A DNA stretch of 64,000 nt from Clostridia bacterium (GCA_024404095.1 JAKSQO010000001.1:7037-71036); one strand, 5' to 3'. Positions 34,658 through 45,093 are shown, counted from the stretch's first letter. Translations and numbers: made by a program. Notes: generated from the sequence alone by a model not told the origin.

Positions 34658-34687
34658 AAAGCTGTTGACGTTTAAATCAACAGCTTT
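34658..34687 (-). terminator. Rho-independent terminator after the GDSL hydrolase gene
   Basis: AAAGCTGTTGA/TCAACAGCTTT hairpin has T-rich flanks on both strands. Confidence 0.75.
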
Positions 34688-34693
34688 ATATTT

Positions 34694-35542
34694 TTAATGA
34701 TAGCGTACGCCTGTCGCAAAGCAAGCCGCAAATGTAATAATTTGTCCGAGCGGAACAGGGAAATACTCAATAAGATAATCTCTGTCGATACCCTCAACAA
34801 GTATAACAGGCTCGGTTGTTGCGCCAAGACCGATATCGTAAAGTGTCTGAAGAGTAACTCTTGCGAGTTCTACATTTCCTGCCGCGTTCGGATGGATTGT
34901 ATCAGTTGTGATAAGTGAGGGATTCTTATAGAAAGGCTCTCTTGTGTCAACAACATAGTAGCTGCCCGGATTTTTTTCAAGGTAGGAAAAAATCTCGTTG
35001 TTAATTCTATCGGCGCAGGCTCCAAAAATATCGTGGGCAAATGTTGTCCATGAATTGTAAAGCGTCTGAACAAGAACGACAGCGTCAGGATTTATCTCAT
35101 GAATCTTCTCAATCAAGGCTTCAAAATTATTATTGAAGTCAACCGCTCTCTTATCAAACGGCTTGTAATAGTGAATGATTCCGCTGAGAACAAGTCCGAC
35201 AGGATTATCAAGCAGAAAATCGTTTCCGCCGACTGAAACGCTGATAATATCAGCCCACTTAACATAGTACTCATATGTATCGTTTGTCTGGAGCAATTCA
35301 AGCAGATAGTCGCTTGTGTAACCCATATGACCGAGGTCTTTATAGTTGTAGCCGTTTGTGTCAGCTACGATTTTACCGTATGCGCTCTCGTCACGGTTTG
35401 TAACTCCGAAGCCCTCAGCGATTGAATCGCCGATAACAAGGTAATTCAGCTTTTTGTCCGCGGCACTTGCGGAAACAGCAAAACAGCTGAGCACCATAAC
35501 TAAAGCGACGAACACGGAAATTATTTTTTTGGCAGTTTTCAA
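34694..35542 (-). CDS. Secreted SGNH/GDSL hydrolase
   Basis: 282 aa with signal peptide ...CFAVSASA. Block I is LVIGDSIAEG and block V is DTIHPN. Confidence 0.8.
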   Translation of the reverse strand: MKTAKKIISVFVALVMVLSCFAVSASAADKKLNYLVIGDSIAEGFGVTNRDESAYGKIVADTNGYNYKDLGHMGYTSDYLLELLQTNDTYEYYVKWADIISVSVGGNDFLLDNPVGLVLSGIIHYYKPFDKRAVDFNNNFEALIEKIHEINPDAVVLVQTLYNSWTTFAHDIFGACADRINNEIFSYLEKNPGSYYVVDTREPFYKNPSLITTDTIHPNAAGNVELARVTLQTLYDIGLGATTEPVILVEGIDRDYLIEYFPVPLGQIITFAACFATGVRYH

Positions 35543-35554
35543 AATTTCACTTCC

Positions 35555-36574
35555 TTACTTGTCAAGACCTGCGAAAAGCTTGACGTTCTCGAAGCAATAC
35601 TTATAATCGCCGTTCTCAATGCCGTGAACGATTTCACAAACCTTATCATTGTAAGGAGTGGGAACACCGTACTTTCTTCCGTAAGCGCATACAACACCGT
35701 TGATAGCGTCGATTTCGCACTTTCTTCCCTTTTCAAGATCCTGAAGCATACTTGCCTTAAGAAGTCTGTGCTTCTTGATGCAGATAGGAATAAGGAAGTT
35801 TGAAATCTTCTTCTTAATGCCGTTGCCCTTATAGTAGAGGAGTTTAACGATATCCTTGCCCTGAACAGGCTCAATTTTGATACCTGCGGCATTGCATACG
35901 TCAATAACTTCCTTTATGATATTCTGACAGCAAACACGGGAATCCTTGCGTTCAGCCGCATCACCGAATGTGCCGCCCATAACTGCTGACATACCGCTGA
36001 ATGCTGAGTTGATAAGAAGCTTTGACCAGCGAACACCCATAAAGTTTTCCTCGACCTCAACAGGACACATAAGCTCAAGAATCTTCTTTACTTCCATAAG
36101 CTTGTCGTCAACCTTGCCGTTCATTCTGCCGAGACCGAATGTCATGCTGTCAGGCTCACTTGTAAGCTCTGATACGCCGTGTCCGTGAAGAGTTGCGCCC
36201 CATGCAACGGAGCATCCCATTGTGTAATCCTCGCCGACAACTTCAGAAACCGAAAGCTCGGGAAGTCCGTTCTGCATTGTGCAGACAATACAGCCCTCTG
36301 CCATGTTCTTCTTAAGATTTTCAAGAACGTTTTTATTGTCAAGCTGCTTGGTCATAAGGATGATAAGATCATACTTTTCTGTAAGCTGATCGGGTGTGAG
36401 TGCGTGAACCTTGGCAACAAAATCAACAGTACCGATGATATGAGCACCATCCTTGTTCATAGCGTCAACGTGATCCTTGTTTCTTGTGATAAGATCGACC
36501 TGTCCGCCTGCCTTGGATATGTATGCACCTAAAACCGTGCCTAATGAACCTGCGCCGTAAATTGCTGTTTTCAT
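35555..36574 (-). CDS. Ketopantoate reductase (ApbA/PanE) family oxidoreductase
   Basis: 339 aa with an N-terminal Rossmann motif IYGAGSLGTVLGAY. Length and organisation are typical of the family. Confidence 0.75.
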   Translation of the reverse strand: MKTAIYGAGSLGTVLGAYISKAGGQVDLITRNKDHVDAMNKDGAHIIGTVDFVAKVHALTPDQLTEKYDLIILMTKQLDNKNVLENLKKNMAEGCIVCTMQNGLPELSVSEVVGEDYTMGCSVAWGATLHGHGVSELTSEPDSMTFGLGRMNGKVDDKLMEVKKILELMCPVEVEENFMGVRWSKLLINSAFSGMSAVMGGTFGDAAERKDSRVCCQNIIKEVIDVCNAAGIKIEPVQGKDIVKLLYYKGNGIKKKISNFLIPICIKKHRLLKASMLQDLEKGRKCEIDAINGVVCAYGRKYGVPTPYNDKVCEIVHGIENGDYKYCFENVKLFAGLDK

Positions 36575-36594
36575 ACTTTTTATCCTCCTCAGAT

Positions 36595-37878
36595 TTAATA
36601 TAATTTAATTCCGCCAAAGGGTCTTACGCTGAGCACGTGACATGAACCCTCGGAATAAACTGCCTCAATTGCATTGCGGAACTCTTCAAGCATGCTGACA
36701 GGAACGAAAGCCTGGATTGTACCTGCAAAGCCGCCGCCGTGTACTCGCCAAGCTCCCTTGCCCTTGAGCATCTTTTCACAGATTGCAAGTGCAAGTGAAA
36801 CACCCTGCTGTGCAGGAGCCTTAACGGTGAAAACATTCTGATTATACATATATGATGAGAATCCGCTCTCGATAACAAGTGACTTAAACGCTTCAAAGTC
36901 ATTTTCGGTAAGAGCCTTGACCTCTGCATCAACACGCTTATTTTCATTGAAGAAATGAAGCGCACGAAGAACCGCCCTGTCACCTGCTTTTTCACGTACG
37001 GCAGGTATATTCTTCATAAATTCATCCTCGCAGACCTCACGAAGAACACTCTTACCGAAGCACTCGGCAGCAGCCTCCATCTCACCTCTTACAGCAGCAT
37101 AATCATCTGTAAGGTCAGCGTGGCTTCCGCCTGTGTCAACTATGCAGAGTGCGTGACCGCAGGATGCAAAATCAAATTCAACCTTATTGATAACAGGCTG
37201 TGCAGGGTCTTTGAAGTCAATTGTTATAAAGCTTCCGACTGATGATGCCATCTGATCCATAAGGCCGCAGGGCTTGCCGAAATATTTATTCTCAGCGTAC
37301 TGTGCAATCTTTGCGATATCAACAGGTGAAACCTTACCGTCATTGTAAAGGTGATTGAGAATTGTTCCGATAAGAACCTCGTAAGCAGCAGATGATGAAA
37401 GACCTGAGCCTGAAAGCACGTTGCTTGCGCTTGCGGCATTAAATCCGCCGATATTGTAGCCGTACTCCTTAAAGCCTGCACACATACCTCTGATAAGACC
37501 TGAGGACTTACCGAACTCCTCCTCGTGAACGCTGAGGTCAGAGATATCAATTTCAATCATACCGTAGCCTCGAGTCTTTTCACAGGCAACCGTATCATCA
37601 CGCTTAGCCGCTGCGGCAACGCTGTCAAGATTGACGCCCGCCGCAAGAACCTTGCCGTGATTATGGTCGGTGTGATTGCCGCCGACCTCGGTTCTGCCCG
37701 GTGCGCTGAAAAGACCAATACCGTCGCAGTCACCGTAGATTTCCACAAAGCTTTTAATTATTTCAGCTTCACGCTCTTTTTCATCTTCAACTGCACTGTC
37801 AGTCATATAAACTTCCTTAAGGCGGTTGTCAAAACTGCCGTCAGAAAGCATTTCAAGTAACTTTTTTGAATCAGCCAT
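36595..37878 (-). CDS. Galactokinase-family GHMP kinase
   Basis: 427 aa with motifs GRTEVGGNHTDHNHG, SGSGLSSSAAYEV (GHMP motif II) and PCGLMDQ. Confidence 0.8.
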   Translation of the reverse strand: MADSKKLLEMLSDGSFDNRLKEVYMTDSAVEDEKEREAEIIKSFVEIYGDCDGIGLFSAPGRTEVGGNHTDHNHGKVLAAGVNLDSVAAAAKRDDTVACEKTRGYGMIEIDISDLSVHEEEFGKSSGLIRGMCAGFKEYGYNIGGFNAASASNVLSGSGLSSSAAYEVLIGTILNHLYNDGKVSPVDIAKIAQYAENKYFGKPCGLMDQMASSVGSFITIDFKDPAQPVINKVEFDFASCGHALCIVDTGGSHADLTDDYAAVRGEMEAAAECFGKSVLREVCEDEFMKNIPAVREKAGDRAVLRALHFFNENKRVDAEVKALTENDFEAFKSLVIESGFSSYMYNQNVFTVKAPAQQGVSLALAICEKMLKGKGAWRVHGGGFAGTIQAFVPVSMLEEFRNAIEAVYSEGSCHVLSVRPFGGIKLY

Positions 37879-38620
37879 TTTTTTTCTTCCTCCTGGATTG
37901 TTTCTGAAGAATCTTGCTTAAAGTAAATGTTGCGATGCCTACAAGCGAGAACATCAATACAAACGGCAAAAGGAAAGCCGTTGAAAGCGGATTAAAGACA
38001 TTTCGACCGATGAATGTATAAAAAATCAAAAGCGGGAAATATCCTGTAAGTGAGAGAAGAATGAAATCTCTGTATCTGAAGCCCATAGCTCCGTAAAGCT
38101 TGCTGACCATATTTATAGGAATACCGGGAATGAACCTGAAAAGCGGAAGAAGCCACGGATTTCCCCGCCCGTCCTTTTCAATAAAGTATTTAACCGTTTC
38201 GTTGCGCTGAAGTATTCTCGAAACTTCATTCGCTCCTACACGTCTTCCCCACATAAATTTGAGTGAATAAAGTATTATCAGACCTGCAATATTTATCGGT
38301 ATTGAAATATACGGATCAAAAACCGTACTCGTAACTGCGCAGAGTGCGGGAAGCGGATAAAGATAGACGGGAAAAACACCCTTGAACATAAACAGGAAAA
38401 GAACAATAAATACAACAAGACCTCTGTCTGTCATAGCTTCAACTCTGTCCTCAGCGGCCTGAAGCGTTGACTGATATGTCTGATACCAGAGTTGGATTTT
38501 ATCGCTCTGTGAAATAACAAGTAAGAATATAAAAACGGCGGCAAGAATAAAGCCAAGAGCCGAAAGAATTTTAAGAATTGTTACAACATGACCCTGTGTA
38601 GTTTTCTTCGCCAACGGCAC
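37871..38620 (-). CDS. TVP38/TMEM64 (DedA-like VTT domain) family membrane protein
   Basis: 249 aa and polytopic, with an LFRFIPGIPINMVSKLYGAMGF VTT-like motif. The real start may be the TTG at 38614, which has better spacing to AGGAGG. The 3' end overlaps the kinase start by 8 nt. Confidence 0.55.
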   Translation of the reverse strand: MPLAKKTTQGHVVTILKILSALGFILAAVFIFLLVISQSDKIQLWYQTYQSTLQAAEDRVEAMTDRGLVVFIVLFLFMFKGVFPVYLYPLPALCAVTSTVFDPYISIPINIAGLIILYSLKFMWGRRVGANEVSRILQRNETVKYFIEKDGRGNPWLLPLFRFIPGIPINMVSKLYGAMGFRYRDFILLSLTGYFPLLIFYTFIGRNVFNPLSTAFLLPFVLMFSLVGIATFTLSKILQKQSRRKKKNG

Positions 38621-38746
38621 CGCCTCCTCATTAAAATTTGCTTTAACGCAGATTAAACCAATATAACTCTCTTATTATAACTATTTTTACCATTAAGGTC
38701 AATATGTATTAAAAAATATTTGTCGTAAAGTTGCGATTTTGTTTTA

Positions 38747-38775
38747 TTGACTATTAGACTTAATTGTGATAAAAT
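38747..38775 (+). promoter_or_regulatory. Sigma-A-type promoter of the phosphoglucomutase gene
   Basis: TTGACT (38747-38752), 17-nt spacer, TGaTAAAAT extended -10 (38767-38775). Confidence 0.6.
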
Positions 38776-38809
38776 TTATTCGGAAATTTATGTAAAGCGA
38801 GGTCTTACA

Positions 38810-40450
38810 ATGAATTATAAAGAAAAGTATGAACAGTGGCTTACCTTTGACGAAGAAACAAAAGCTGAGCTTCTTGCAATCAATGATGAAAAGGAAATCG
38901 AAGACAGATTCTACAAGGATCTTGAATTCGGCACAGGCGGTCTTAGAGGAGTTATGGGCGCAGGCGCAAACAGAATGAACAAGTACACCGTCAGCAAGGC
39001 TACACAGGGTCTTGCACAGTATCTCAGAAGTGAGTTCTGCGGTGAAAAGAGCGTTGCAATCGCACACGATTCAAGAAACAATTCAAGACAGTTCGCAATC
39101 TATGCCGCAGAGGTTCTCTGCGCTAACGGTATCAAGGTTTTCCTTTATGATACTCTTATGCCCACACCTGTTCTTTCGTTCACAACAAAGTATCTCGGCT
39201 GCACAGCAGGTATTGTCCTTACCGCAAGCCATAATCCCAAGGAGTACAACGGCTACAAGCTCTATGATGAGAACGGCTGTCAGCTCGTACCGGCATATGC
39301 AAACAAGGTTATTGACTACGTTAACGCTGTAACAGACCTTACCTCAGTTCCTCATATGGATCTTGACGAGGCAAAGGCAAAGGGACTTTACACACCTATC
39401 GGCTCGGATGTTCTTGACGCATTCCTTGAGGCTGTAAGAAAGCAGTCACTCTATGAAGAAAAGTCGGATATCAAAATCGTCTACACTCCCCTTCACGGCA
39501 CAGGCAACGTTCCTGTAAGAAAGATTCTTGAAGGAAAGGAAATTTCAATCGTTAAGGAGCAGGAAATGCCTGACGGCAATTTCTCAACTGTTCGCTCCCC
39601 CAACCCCGAGGAAAAGGACGCTCTTACGCTCGCACTCAAGCAGGCTGAGAAAGAGGACGCAGACCTTGTATTCGGTACGGACCCCGACTGTGACCGTATT
39701 GGTGTCGGTGTTAAGCACAACGGTGAATACAAGCTTATCACAGGTAATCAGATGGGCGCTCTTCTCACAAACTTCGTTCTCAATATGAAGAAAGACGAGC
39801 TTAATGAGAAGTCAACACTTATCAAGACTATTGTTACAAGCGATCTCGGCGCAAATATAGCAAGAAGCTTCGGTCTTAATATCGTTGAAACACTCACAGG
39901 CTTCAAGTACATCGGTGAGCAGATTAACAATTACGAAAAGAACGGTGACAAGGAATTCGTTATGGGTTACGAGGAGAGCTACGGCTATCTTGTCGGTACT
40001 CACGCACGTGATAAGGACGCTGTTGTTTCTTCAATGCTTGTATGTCAGATGGCTTCATATTACTTCAACAAGGGTATGACTCTTATTGACGCTCTTGACG
40101 AAATCTATGCTAAGTACGGTTACTACCTTGACGCTCTTGATACATTCGTACTTAAGGGTATTGACGGCGCGCAGAAGATTCAGAGCATTATGACTGATTT
40201 CCGTGAGAACGGCTCAAGCTTCTTTGACAATATTAAGGAAATTACCGACTTCTCAAAGGGAATCGGCGAGCTTCCGAAGGAGAATGTGCTCAAGTATGTA
40301 TTTGATGACGGTTCATGGATAGCAATCCGTCCCTCAGGCACAGAGCCGAAGCTCAAGGTTTACTACTCAATTCAGGATGAGAACAAAGATAACGCAAATG
40401 CAACTCTTGAAGCAATCAGAGCAAAGCTTCACAGCATTATCAACGGTTAA
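38810..40450 (+). CDS. Phospho-sugar mutase (alpha-phosphoglucomutase/phosphomannomutase family)
   Basis: I place the start at the ATG at 38810 (MNYKEKYEQW). The active-site loop is TASHNPKEYNGYK, the Mg site is DPDCDR, and the sugar loop is GYEESYG. Confidence 0.9.
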   Translation: MNYKEKYEQWLTFDEETKAELLAINDEKEIEDRFYKDLEFGTGGLRGVMGAGANRMNKYTVSKATQGLAQYLRSEFCGEKSVAIAHDSRNNSRQFAIYAAEVLCANGIKVFLYDTLMPTPVLSFTTKYLGCTAGIVLTASHNPKEYNGYKLYDENGCQLVPAYANKVIDYVNAVTDLTSVPHMDLDEAKAKGLYTPIGSDVLDAFLEAVRKQSLYEEKSDIKIVYTPLHGTGNVPVRKILEGKEISIVKEQEMPDGNFSTVRSPNPEEKDALTLALKQAEKEDADLVFGTDPDCDRIGVGVKHNGEYKLITGNQMGALLTNFVLNMKKDELNEKSTLIKTIVTSDLGANIARSFGLNIVETLTGFKYIGEQINNYEKNGDKEFVMGYEESYGYLVGTHARDKDAVVSSMLVCQMASYYFNKGMTLIDALDEIYAKYGYYLDALDTFVLKGIDGAQKIQSIMTDFRENGSSFFDNIKEITDFSKGIGELPKENVLKYVFDDGSWIAIRPSGTEPKLKVYYSIQDENKDNANATLEAIRAKLHSIING

Positions 40451-40462
40451 TTATATTACAGC

Positions 40463-40495
40463 AAAAGACTTCGGATTTTTGTCCGAAGTCTTTTT
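40463..40495. terminator. Bidirectional rho-independent terminator
   Basis: AAAAGACTTCGGA/TCCGAAGTCTTTT hairpin lies between convergent genes. Confidence 0.85.
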
Positions 40496-40502
40496 ATCTG
40501 AG

Positions 40503-42977
40503 TTATAATACCTTGTAGCCCTGCGCCTCAATAACAGCCTTTATTTCGCTGTCGGCAAGGTCAGCGTTGAGCTTAATTACAGCTGTACCGCTCTCGTGGC
40601 TCGGTGTTGCCTCGTCAACCTGCGGGAGCGCTTCAAGCACCTGTTTAACTCTTGCTTCACAATGAGGACACATCATTCCTTCGATTTTAACTGTTTTTTC
40701 CATTGCTTTTACCTCCTTGAAATGTTTATGCTTATCACGCTTCGGAGAGCGTATATCAACTAAATTTAATCTTAATGCATTACTTACAACACAGAAGCTT
40801 GATAAACTCATTGCAGCCGCTGCAAGCATCGGATTAAGTTCAATTCCGAAATGAGGAATCAACACACCTGCCGCAACGGGAATACAGATTGCGTTATAGA
40901 AAAATGCCCAGAAAAGATTTTCTTTTATATTTTTGTATACCGCACGGCTCAGCCTTATCGCAGCTGAAACATCCGTCAGCTTGCTGTTCATCAGAACCAC
41001 ATCAGCCGCTTCAACCGCAATGTCCGTACCGGCACCGATTGCAATGCCGACATCAGCTCTCGCAAGCGCAGGTGAATCGTTTATGCCGTCACCGACCATT
41101 ATAACCTTGCCGTTTTTATGAATATCCCGGACATATTTTTCTTTTTCATCAGGCAGTACGCCTACGACAACATTATCAATTCCCGCCTGCCCTGCTATTG
41201 CACGGGCGGTTTTTTTGTTGTCACCTGTCAGCATAACGACGTCAATTCCCATGTTTTTTAGCTCAGCAACAGCCTGCTTACTCTCTTCTTTGACTGCATC
41301 GGCAACTGCGATAATTCCGAGAAGCCTGCCGTCATACGAAAACAACAGCGGTGTTTTACCGTTCTCTGATAATATTTCCACCTGTTCAGCAGTATCCTGA
41401 TCAGAGTCTGTTTTTGATTTTATAAACTCACTTTTACCGCCGAAAGCGGGTTTGCCGTCAATCAGAGCTTCAATGCCGTTGCCGGCATGAGTTATAAAAT
41501 CCGTTGTTTCTTTAATCTCTGCCTGATTTTTTTCAGCGTAAACAACGATTGCATTGCCGAGCGGATGCTCACTTTTATATTCAAGTGAATATGCAACGCT
41601 TAGCAGCTCATTTTCACTTGTATTGCCAAACGGAATTATATCCGTCACAACAGGTTTACCCTCCGTAACAGTTCCTGTTTTGTCAAAAATAACAGTTCTC
41701 GCCTTGCCTGTCTGTTCAAGAGAAACAGCAGTTTTGAAAAGTATTCCGTTCTTTGCGCCGACACCGCTCCCGACCATTATTGCAACAGGAGTAGCAAGAC
41801 CGAGAGCGCACGGACAGCTGATTACAAGTACGGATATCGCACGTGCAAGCACAAAACCGAAATTCTTTCCTGAAATAAACCATATAATTGCTGTCAGAAC
41901 TGAAATGCCGATAACAACAGGGACAAACACACCTGACACCCTGTCGGCTATCTTCGCAATAGGAGCTTTAGTTGCCGAAGCGTCGCTTACCATTTTAATA
42001 ATATGAGAAAGAGTTGTATTCTCACCTGTGCGTGTCGCTTTACAACGAATAAAACCCGATTTATTTACCGTTCCTGCAAAAACAGTATCATTCTCTGATT
42101 TATCAACGGGAACGCTCTCACCTGTCAGACTTGACTCGTCAAGTGAACAACCGCCATCAATAATAAAACCGTCAACAGGTATCGTCTGACCCGAACGGAC
42201 AACAAATATATCACCTGTAATTACTTCGTCGACAGGAATTTCCGTTTCCTTTCCGTTTCGTTCAACTGTTGCTGTTTCAGGGCTGAGATTCATAAGGCTT
42301 TTGAGAGCGTCAGTTGTTTTACCTTTTGAACGGGCTTCAAGCATTTTACCGACAGTAATCAGCGCAAGAATCATTGACGCGGATTCAAAATATAATCCAT
42401 GCAACAGATTATCGTTAGTCGCCGTCATTCTGAAAAGCTCAACTGTGCTGTAAATAAATGCCGCAGAGGAGCCGAGAGCGACAAGCGTATCCATATTGGG
42501 AGCACGGTTGATGATGCCTTTAAAACCGGAAACAAAAAATTTCTGATTGATTATCATAACAGCAACAGTCAGAAGCATTTCGAGAAGTCCGAGCGCAAGC
42601 TGATTGCCGTCAAAAAATGCAGGCACAGGAAAGCCCAACATAATGTGACCCATTGAAATATACATCAGAACAATAAGAAAAACGAGCGACCACAGAAGTC
42701 TTTTTCTGAGCTTCGGAGTCTGTGTATCTTCAAGAGAATCTGAGGCTTCGACCTTTATACTTTGTGAGCCGTTTAGTTTAGCATCGTACCCTGCCCTGCG
42801 CACAGCTGAAATAATCTGCTCCGCTGTCGCCGAGCCCTCAACGCCCATTGAGTTTGTAAGCAGATTAACTGAGCACGAGGTGACACCCTCAACCGAACTG
42901 ACAGCTTTCTCAACTCTCGTACTGCACGCTGCACAGCTCATACCGATTACATCATATTTCTGCATCTTTATCCTCAT
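40503..42977 (-). CDS. copA: Copper-translocating P1B-type ATPase
   Basis: 824 aa. It has an N-terminal HMA (GMSCAACS), the motifs CPC (SCPCALGLATP), DKTGT and GDGINDSPAL, and a second HMA at the C-terminus (GMMCPHCEARV). Its ATG overlaps the csoR stop (ATGA). Confidence 0.95.
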   Translation of the reverse strand: MRIKMQKYDVIGMSCAACSTRVEKAVSSVEGVTSCSVNLLTNSMGVEGSATAEQIISAVRRAGYDAKLNGSQSIKVEASDSLEDTQTPKLRKRLLWSLVFLIVLMYISMGHIMLGFPVPAFFDGNQLALGLLEMLLTVAVMIINQKFFVSGFKGIINRAPNMDTLVALGSSAAFIYSTVELFRMTATNDNLLHGLYFESASMILALITVGKMLEARSKGKTTDALKSLMNLSPETATVERNGKETEIPVDEVITGDIFVVRSGQTIPVDGFIIDGGCSLDESSLTGESVPVDKSENDTVFAGTVNKSGFIRCKATRTGENTTLSHIIKMVSDASATKAPIAKIADRVSGVFVPVVIGISVLTAIIWFISGKNFGFVLARAISVLVISCPCALGLATPVAIMVGSGVGAKNGILFKTAVSLEQTGKARTVIFDKTGTVTEGKPVVTDIIPFGNTSENELLSVAYSLEYKSEHPLGNAIVVYAEKNQAEIKETTDFITHAGNGIEALIDGKPAFGGKSEFIKSKTDSDQDTAEQVEILSENGKTPLLFSYDGRLLGIIAVADAVKEESKQAVAELKNMGIDVVMLTGDNKKTARAIAGQAGIDNVVVGVLPDEKEKYVRDIHKNGKVIMVGDGINDSPALARADVGIAIGAGTDIAVEAADVVLMNSKLTDVSAAIRLSRAVYKNIKENLFWAFFYNAICIPVAAGVLIPHFGIELNPMLAAAAMSLSSFCVVSNALRLNLVDIRSPKRDKHKHFKEVKAMEKTVKIEGMMCPHCEARVKQVLEALPQVDEATPSHESGTAVIKLNADLADSEIKAVIEAQGYKVL

Positions 42978-43279
42978 TTCATAAGCTTTTTTACAAGCTC
43001 TGCAAGTTCTTCGACTGCTGACTCGTCATCTGCTTTTATATCACGCACAACACAGATTTTCAGATGTCTTGTCAACACATCCCTGCTGAAAGAATTGAGT
43101 GCAGAGCTTGCGGCGGAGGTCTGTGTCAGAACATCAACACAGTAAGCGTCATTTTCAATCATCTTTTTTATGCCTCTTATCTGACCTTCGATTCTCGAAA
43201 GCCTGTTCAGAAGCTTTTTCTTTTCTTCATCCTGTCTTTCTGTAATTTTCTCACCACAGCATTTACAATCAATATTCAT
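42974..43279 (-). CDS. csoR: CsoR-family copper-sensing transcriptional repressor
   Basis: 101 aa with the conserved Cys...His...Cys pattern (YCVDVLTQ...RHLKICV). It lies directly upstream of copA. Confidence 0.9.
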   Translation of the reverse strand: MNIDCKCCGEKITERQDEEKKKLLNRLSRIEGQIRGIKKMIENDAYCVDVLTQTSAASSALNSFSRDVLTRHLKICVVRDIKADDESAVEELAELVKKLMK

Positions 43280-43295
43280 TATATCATCCTTTGCA

Positions 43296-43316
43296 ATATA
43301 CCCCCATAGGGTATAT
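43296..43316. promoter_or_regulatory. CsoR operator
   Basis: Palindrome ATATACCC-n5-GGGTATAT matches the GC-tract-flanked TACCC...GGGTA CsoR box type. It lies immediately downstream of the -10. Confidence 0.7.
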
Positions 43317-43318
43317 TT

Positions 43319-43347
43319 ATTATAAATAAAAATCTCTGTGTTGTCAA
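43319..43347 (-). promoter_or_regulatory. Sigma-A-type promoter of csoR-copA
   Basis: On the minus strand: TTGACA (43342-43347), 17-nt spacer, TATAAT (43319-43324). Confidence 0.7.
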
Positions 43348-43348
43348 G

Positions 43349-43380
43349 AAAAAACCGACCCCAAATAATGGAGTCGGTTT
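43349..43380 (-). terminator. Rho-independent terminator after putP
   Basis: ACCGAC/GTCGGT hairpin (43354-43359/43373-43378) is followed on the minus strand by a T6 run. Confidence 0.65.
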
Positions 43381-43400
43381 GAAATGGTTTGAATATATAA

Positions 43401-44930
43401 TTATTTATCGCTGAAATTTACAGCATCATCAAAAATCTTTTCGACATCTTCTGAGGGAGCTTTTGTAAGAAGAGTTACGACAACAGCAACAATTAAGCTT
43501 GCAATGAATCCGGGAATGATTTCATATAATCCGCCAAGTGCGCCATCGTGTAACGGAGCAACCAATGCACCCAAATGACTGCCGTCTGCGAACGAGTAGT
43601 TGAACATAAGCAGCCATGCAATATCAACAACAGCACCTGTAACGATACCTGAAATTGCGCCTGCGATATTGAATCGCTTCCAGAAAAGTGAAAGAAGAAT
43701 TACAGAGCTGAATGCTGCGCCGAAAAGACCCCATGCATTTTCTACAAGACCCATAATCGTACCTGAATTGGGGTTAGATGCAATAATTACGGCAACAACT
43801 GAAATTGCAAGAACAACAAATCGACCTGCCCAAAGCATTTCTTTATCTGAAGCTTTATTCTTACGGATAATCGGTTTGTATAAATCACTTGCAAATGCTG
43901 ATGATGAAGCAAGAAGCTGAGAGTCAGCTGTTGACATAGAAGCTGCAAGAATTGCCGTAAGAACGATACCTGAAATTATTGCAGGGAAAAGGAAACGTGT
44001 CATCTGAATGAAAACAGTTGAGCTGTCAGCAATCTCACCGAGAAGAAGATGACCGACACAGCCTGCCGCAACTGAGAAAATAACAATAAGTACATTCCAT
44101 GTAATACCGATCTTTGCGCTCTTTTTGAGAGACTTGTCGGATTCAAGTGACATAAATCTTACGATAATGTGAGGCATACCAAAGTATCCGAGTCCCCAGC
44201 CGAGACCGGAAGCTACATCCTTCCAGCTGCTGAATGCATTCCAGTATCCGTCGGGAAGCTGTGTTACTGTTTCTGAACCGCCGTTGTTTTTCATAACGAA
44301 AACCGCGAAAATAGGTGCGGCAAGCAAAGCGGCAAGCATAAGCATTCCCTGGAAGAAATCAGTCCAGCAAACAGCCTTGAAACCGCCGAGGAATGTATAA
44401 ATAAGAATAACAACGGCAGCCAGATACATTGCTTTAGAAGGATCAATACCGAGAACAGTATTGAAAAGTGTACCGCAGGCTTTCATACTTGAAGCAGCGT
44501 AAACGGTATAAGCTATAAGAAAAATAACAGCGCAAATTACACGTACAGCACCGCTCTTTGAAAGAAAACGGTTTGTCAGATACTGCGGAAGTGTAATTGA
44601 GTCGTTGCAGACGATAGTGAACTTACGAAGACGGGGTGCCTCAAAAATCCAGCTTAAAGCATAACCGATTGCAAGACCTATTGCGATCCATGCCTGACCG
44701 ATACCGTAAAGATAAATTGAAGCCGGAAGTCCCATAAGAACCCATGCGCTCATGTCTGAAGCGCCTGCAGAAAGAGCGGAGACCCAGGGACCCATCTCTC
44801 TTCCTCCGAGGAAATATGATTTTTCGCTGCCGTTTTTATCCTTGAAGAAGAAAAAGAAGCCTATTCCAAGCATAAAGAACAGATAAACAACGAAAACCAC
44901 TAATTCGAGATTAAATTTCAATTTTTTCAC
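43401..44930 (-). CDS. putP: Sodium:solute symporter family protein, proline-symporter-like
   Basis: 509 aa with about 13 TM helices. The N-terminal SYFLGGREMGPWVSALSAGASDMSAW motif is typical of PutP/SSS. Confidence 0.8.
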   Translation of the reverse strand: MKKLKFNLELVVFVVYLFFMLGIGFFFFFKDKNGSEKSYFLGGREMGPWVSALSAGASDMSAWVLMGLPASIYLYGIGQAWIAIGLAIGYALSWIFEAPRLRKFTIVCNDSITLPQYLTNRFLSKSGAVRVICAVIFLIAYTVYAASSMKACGTLFNTVLGIDPSKAMYLAAVVILIYTFLGGFKAVCWTDFFQGMLMLAALLAAPIFAVFVMKNNGGSETVTQLPDGYWNAFSSWKDVASGLGWGLGYFGMPHIIVRFMSLESDKSLKKSAKIGITWNVLIVIFSVAAGCVGHLLLGEIADSSTVFIQMTRFLFPAIISGIVLTAILAASMSTADSQLLASSSAFASDLYKPIIRKNKASDKEMLWAGRFVVLAISVVAVIIASNPNSGTIMGLVENAWGLFGAAFSSVILLSLFWKRFNIAGAISGIVTGAVVDIAWLLMFNYSFADGSHLGALVAPLHDGALGGLYEIIPGFIASLIVAVVVTLLTKAPSEDVEKIFDDAVNFSDK

Positions 44931-45093
44931 TCCTTTTATAAAATAAACATTAGCATTTTATCATAAAGTAAATTAAAAGTAAACAAATACTTAATAAAAA
45001 TTTTACATTTTATTGTTTTATTTCTAAATTGTACTTATAACTTGACATTAAAAATATATTGTTGTATTATTTTCGGGAATTGGAGTGATTTTA

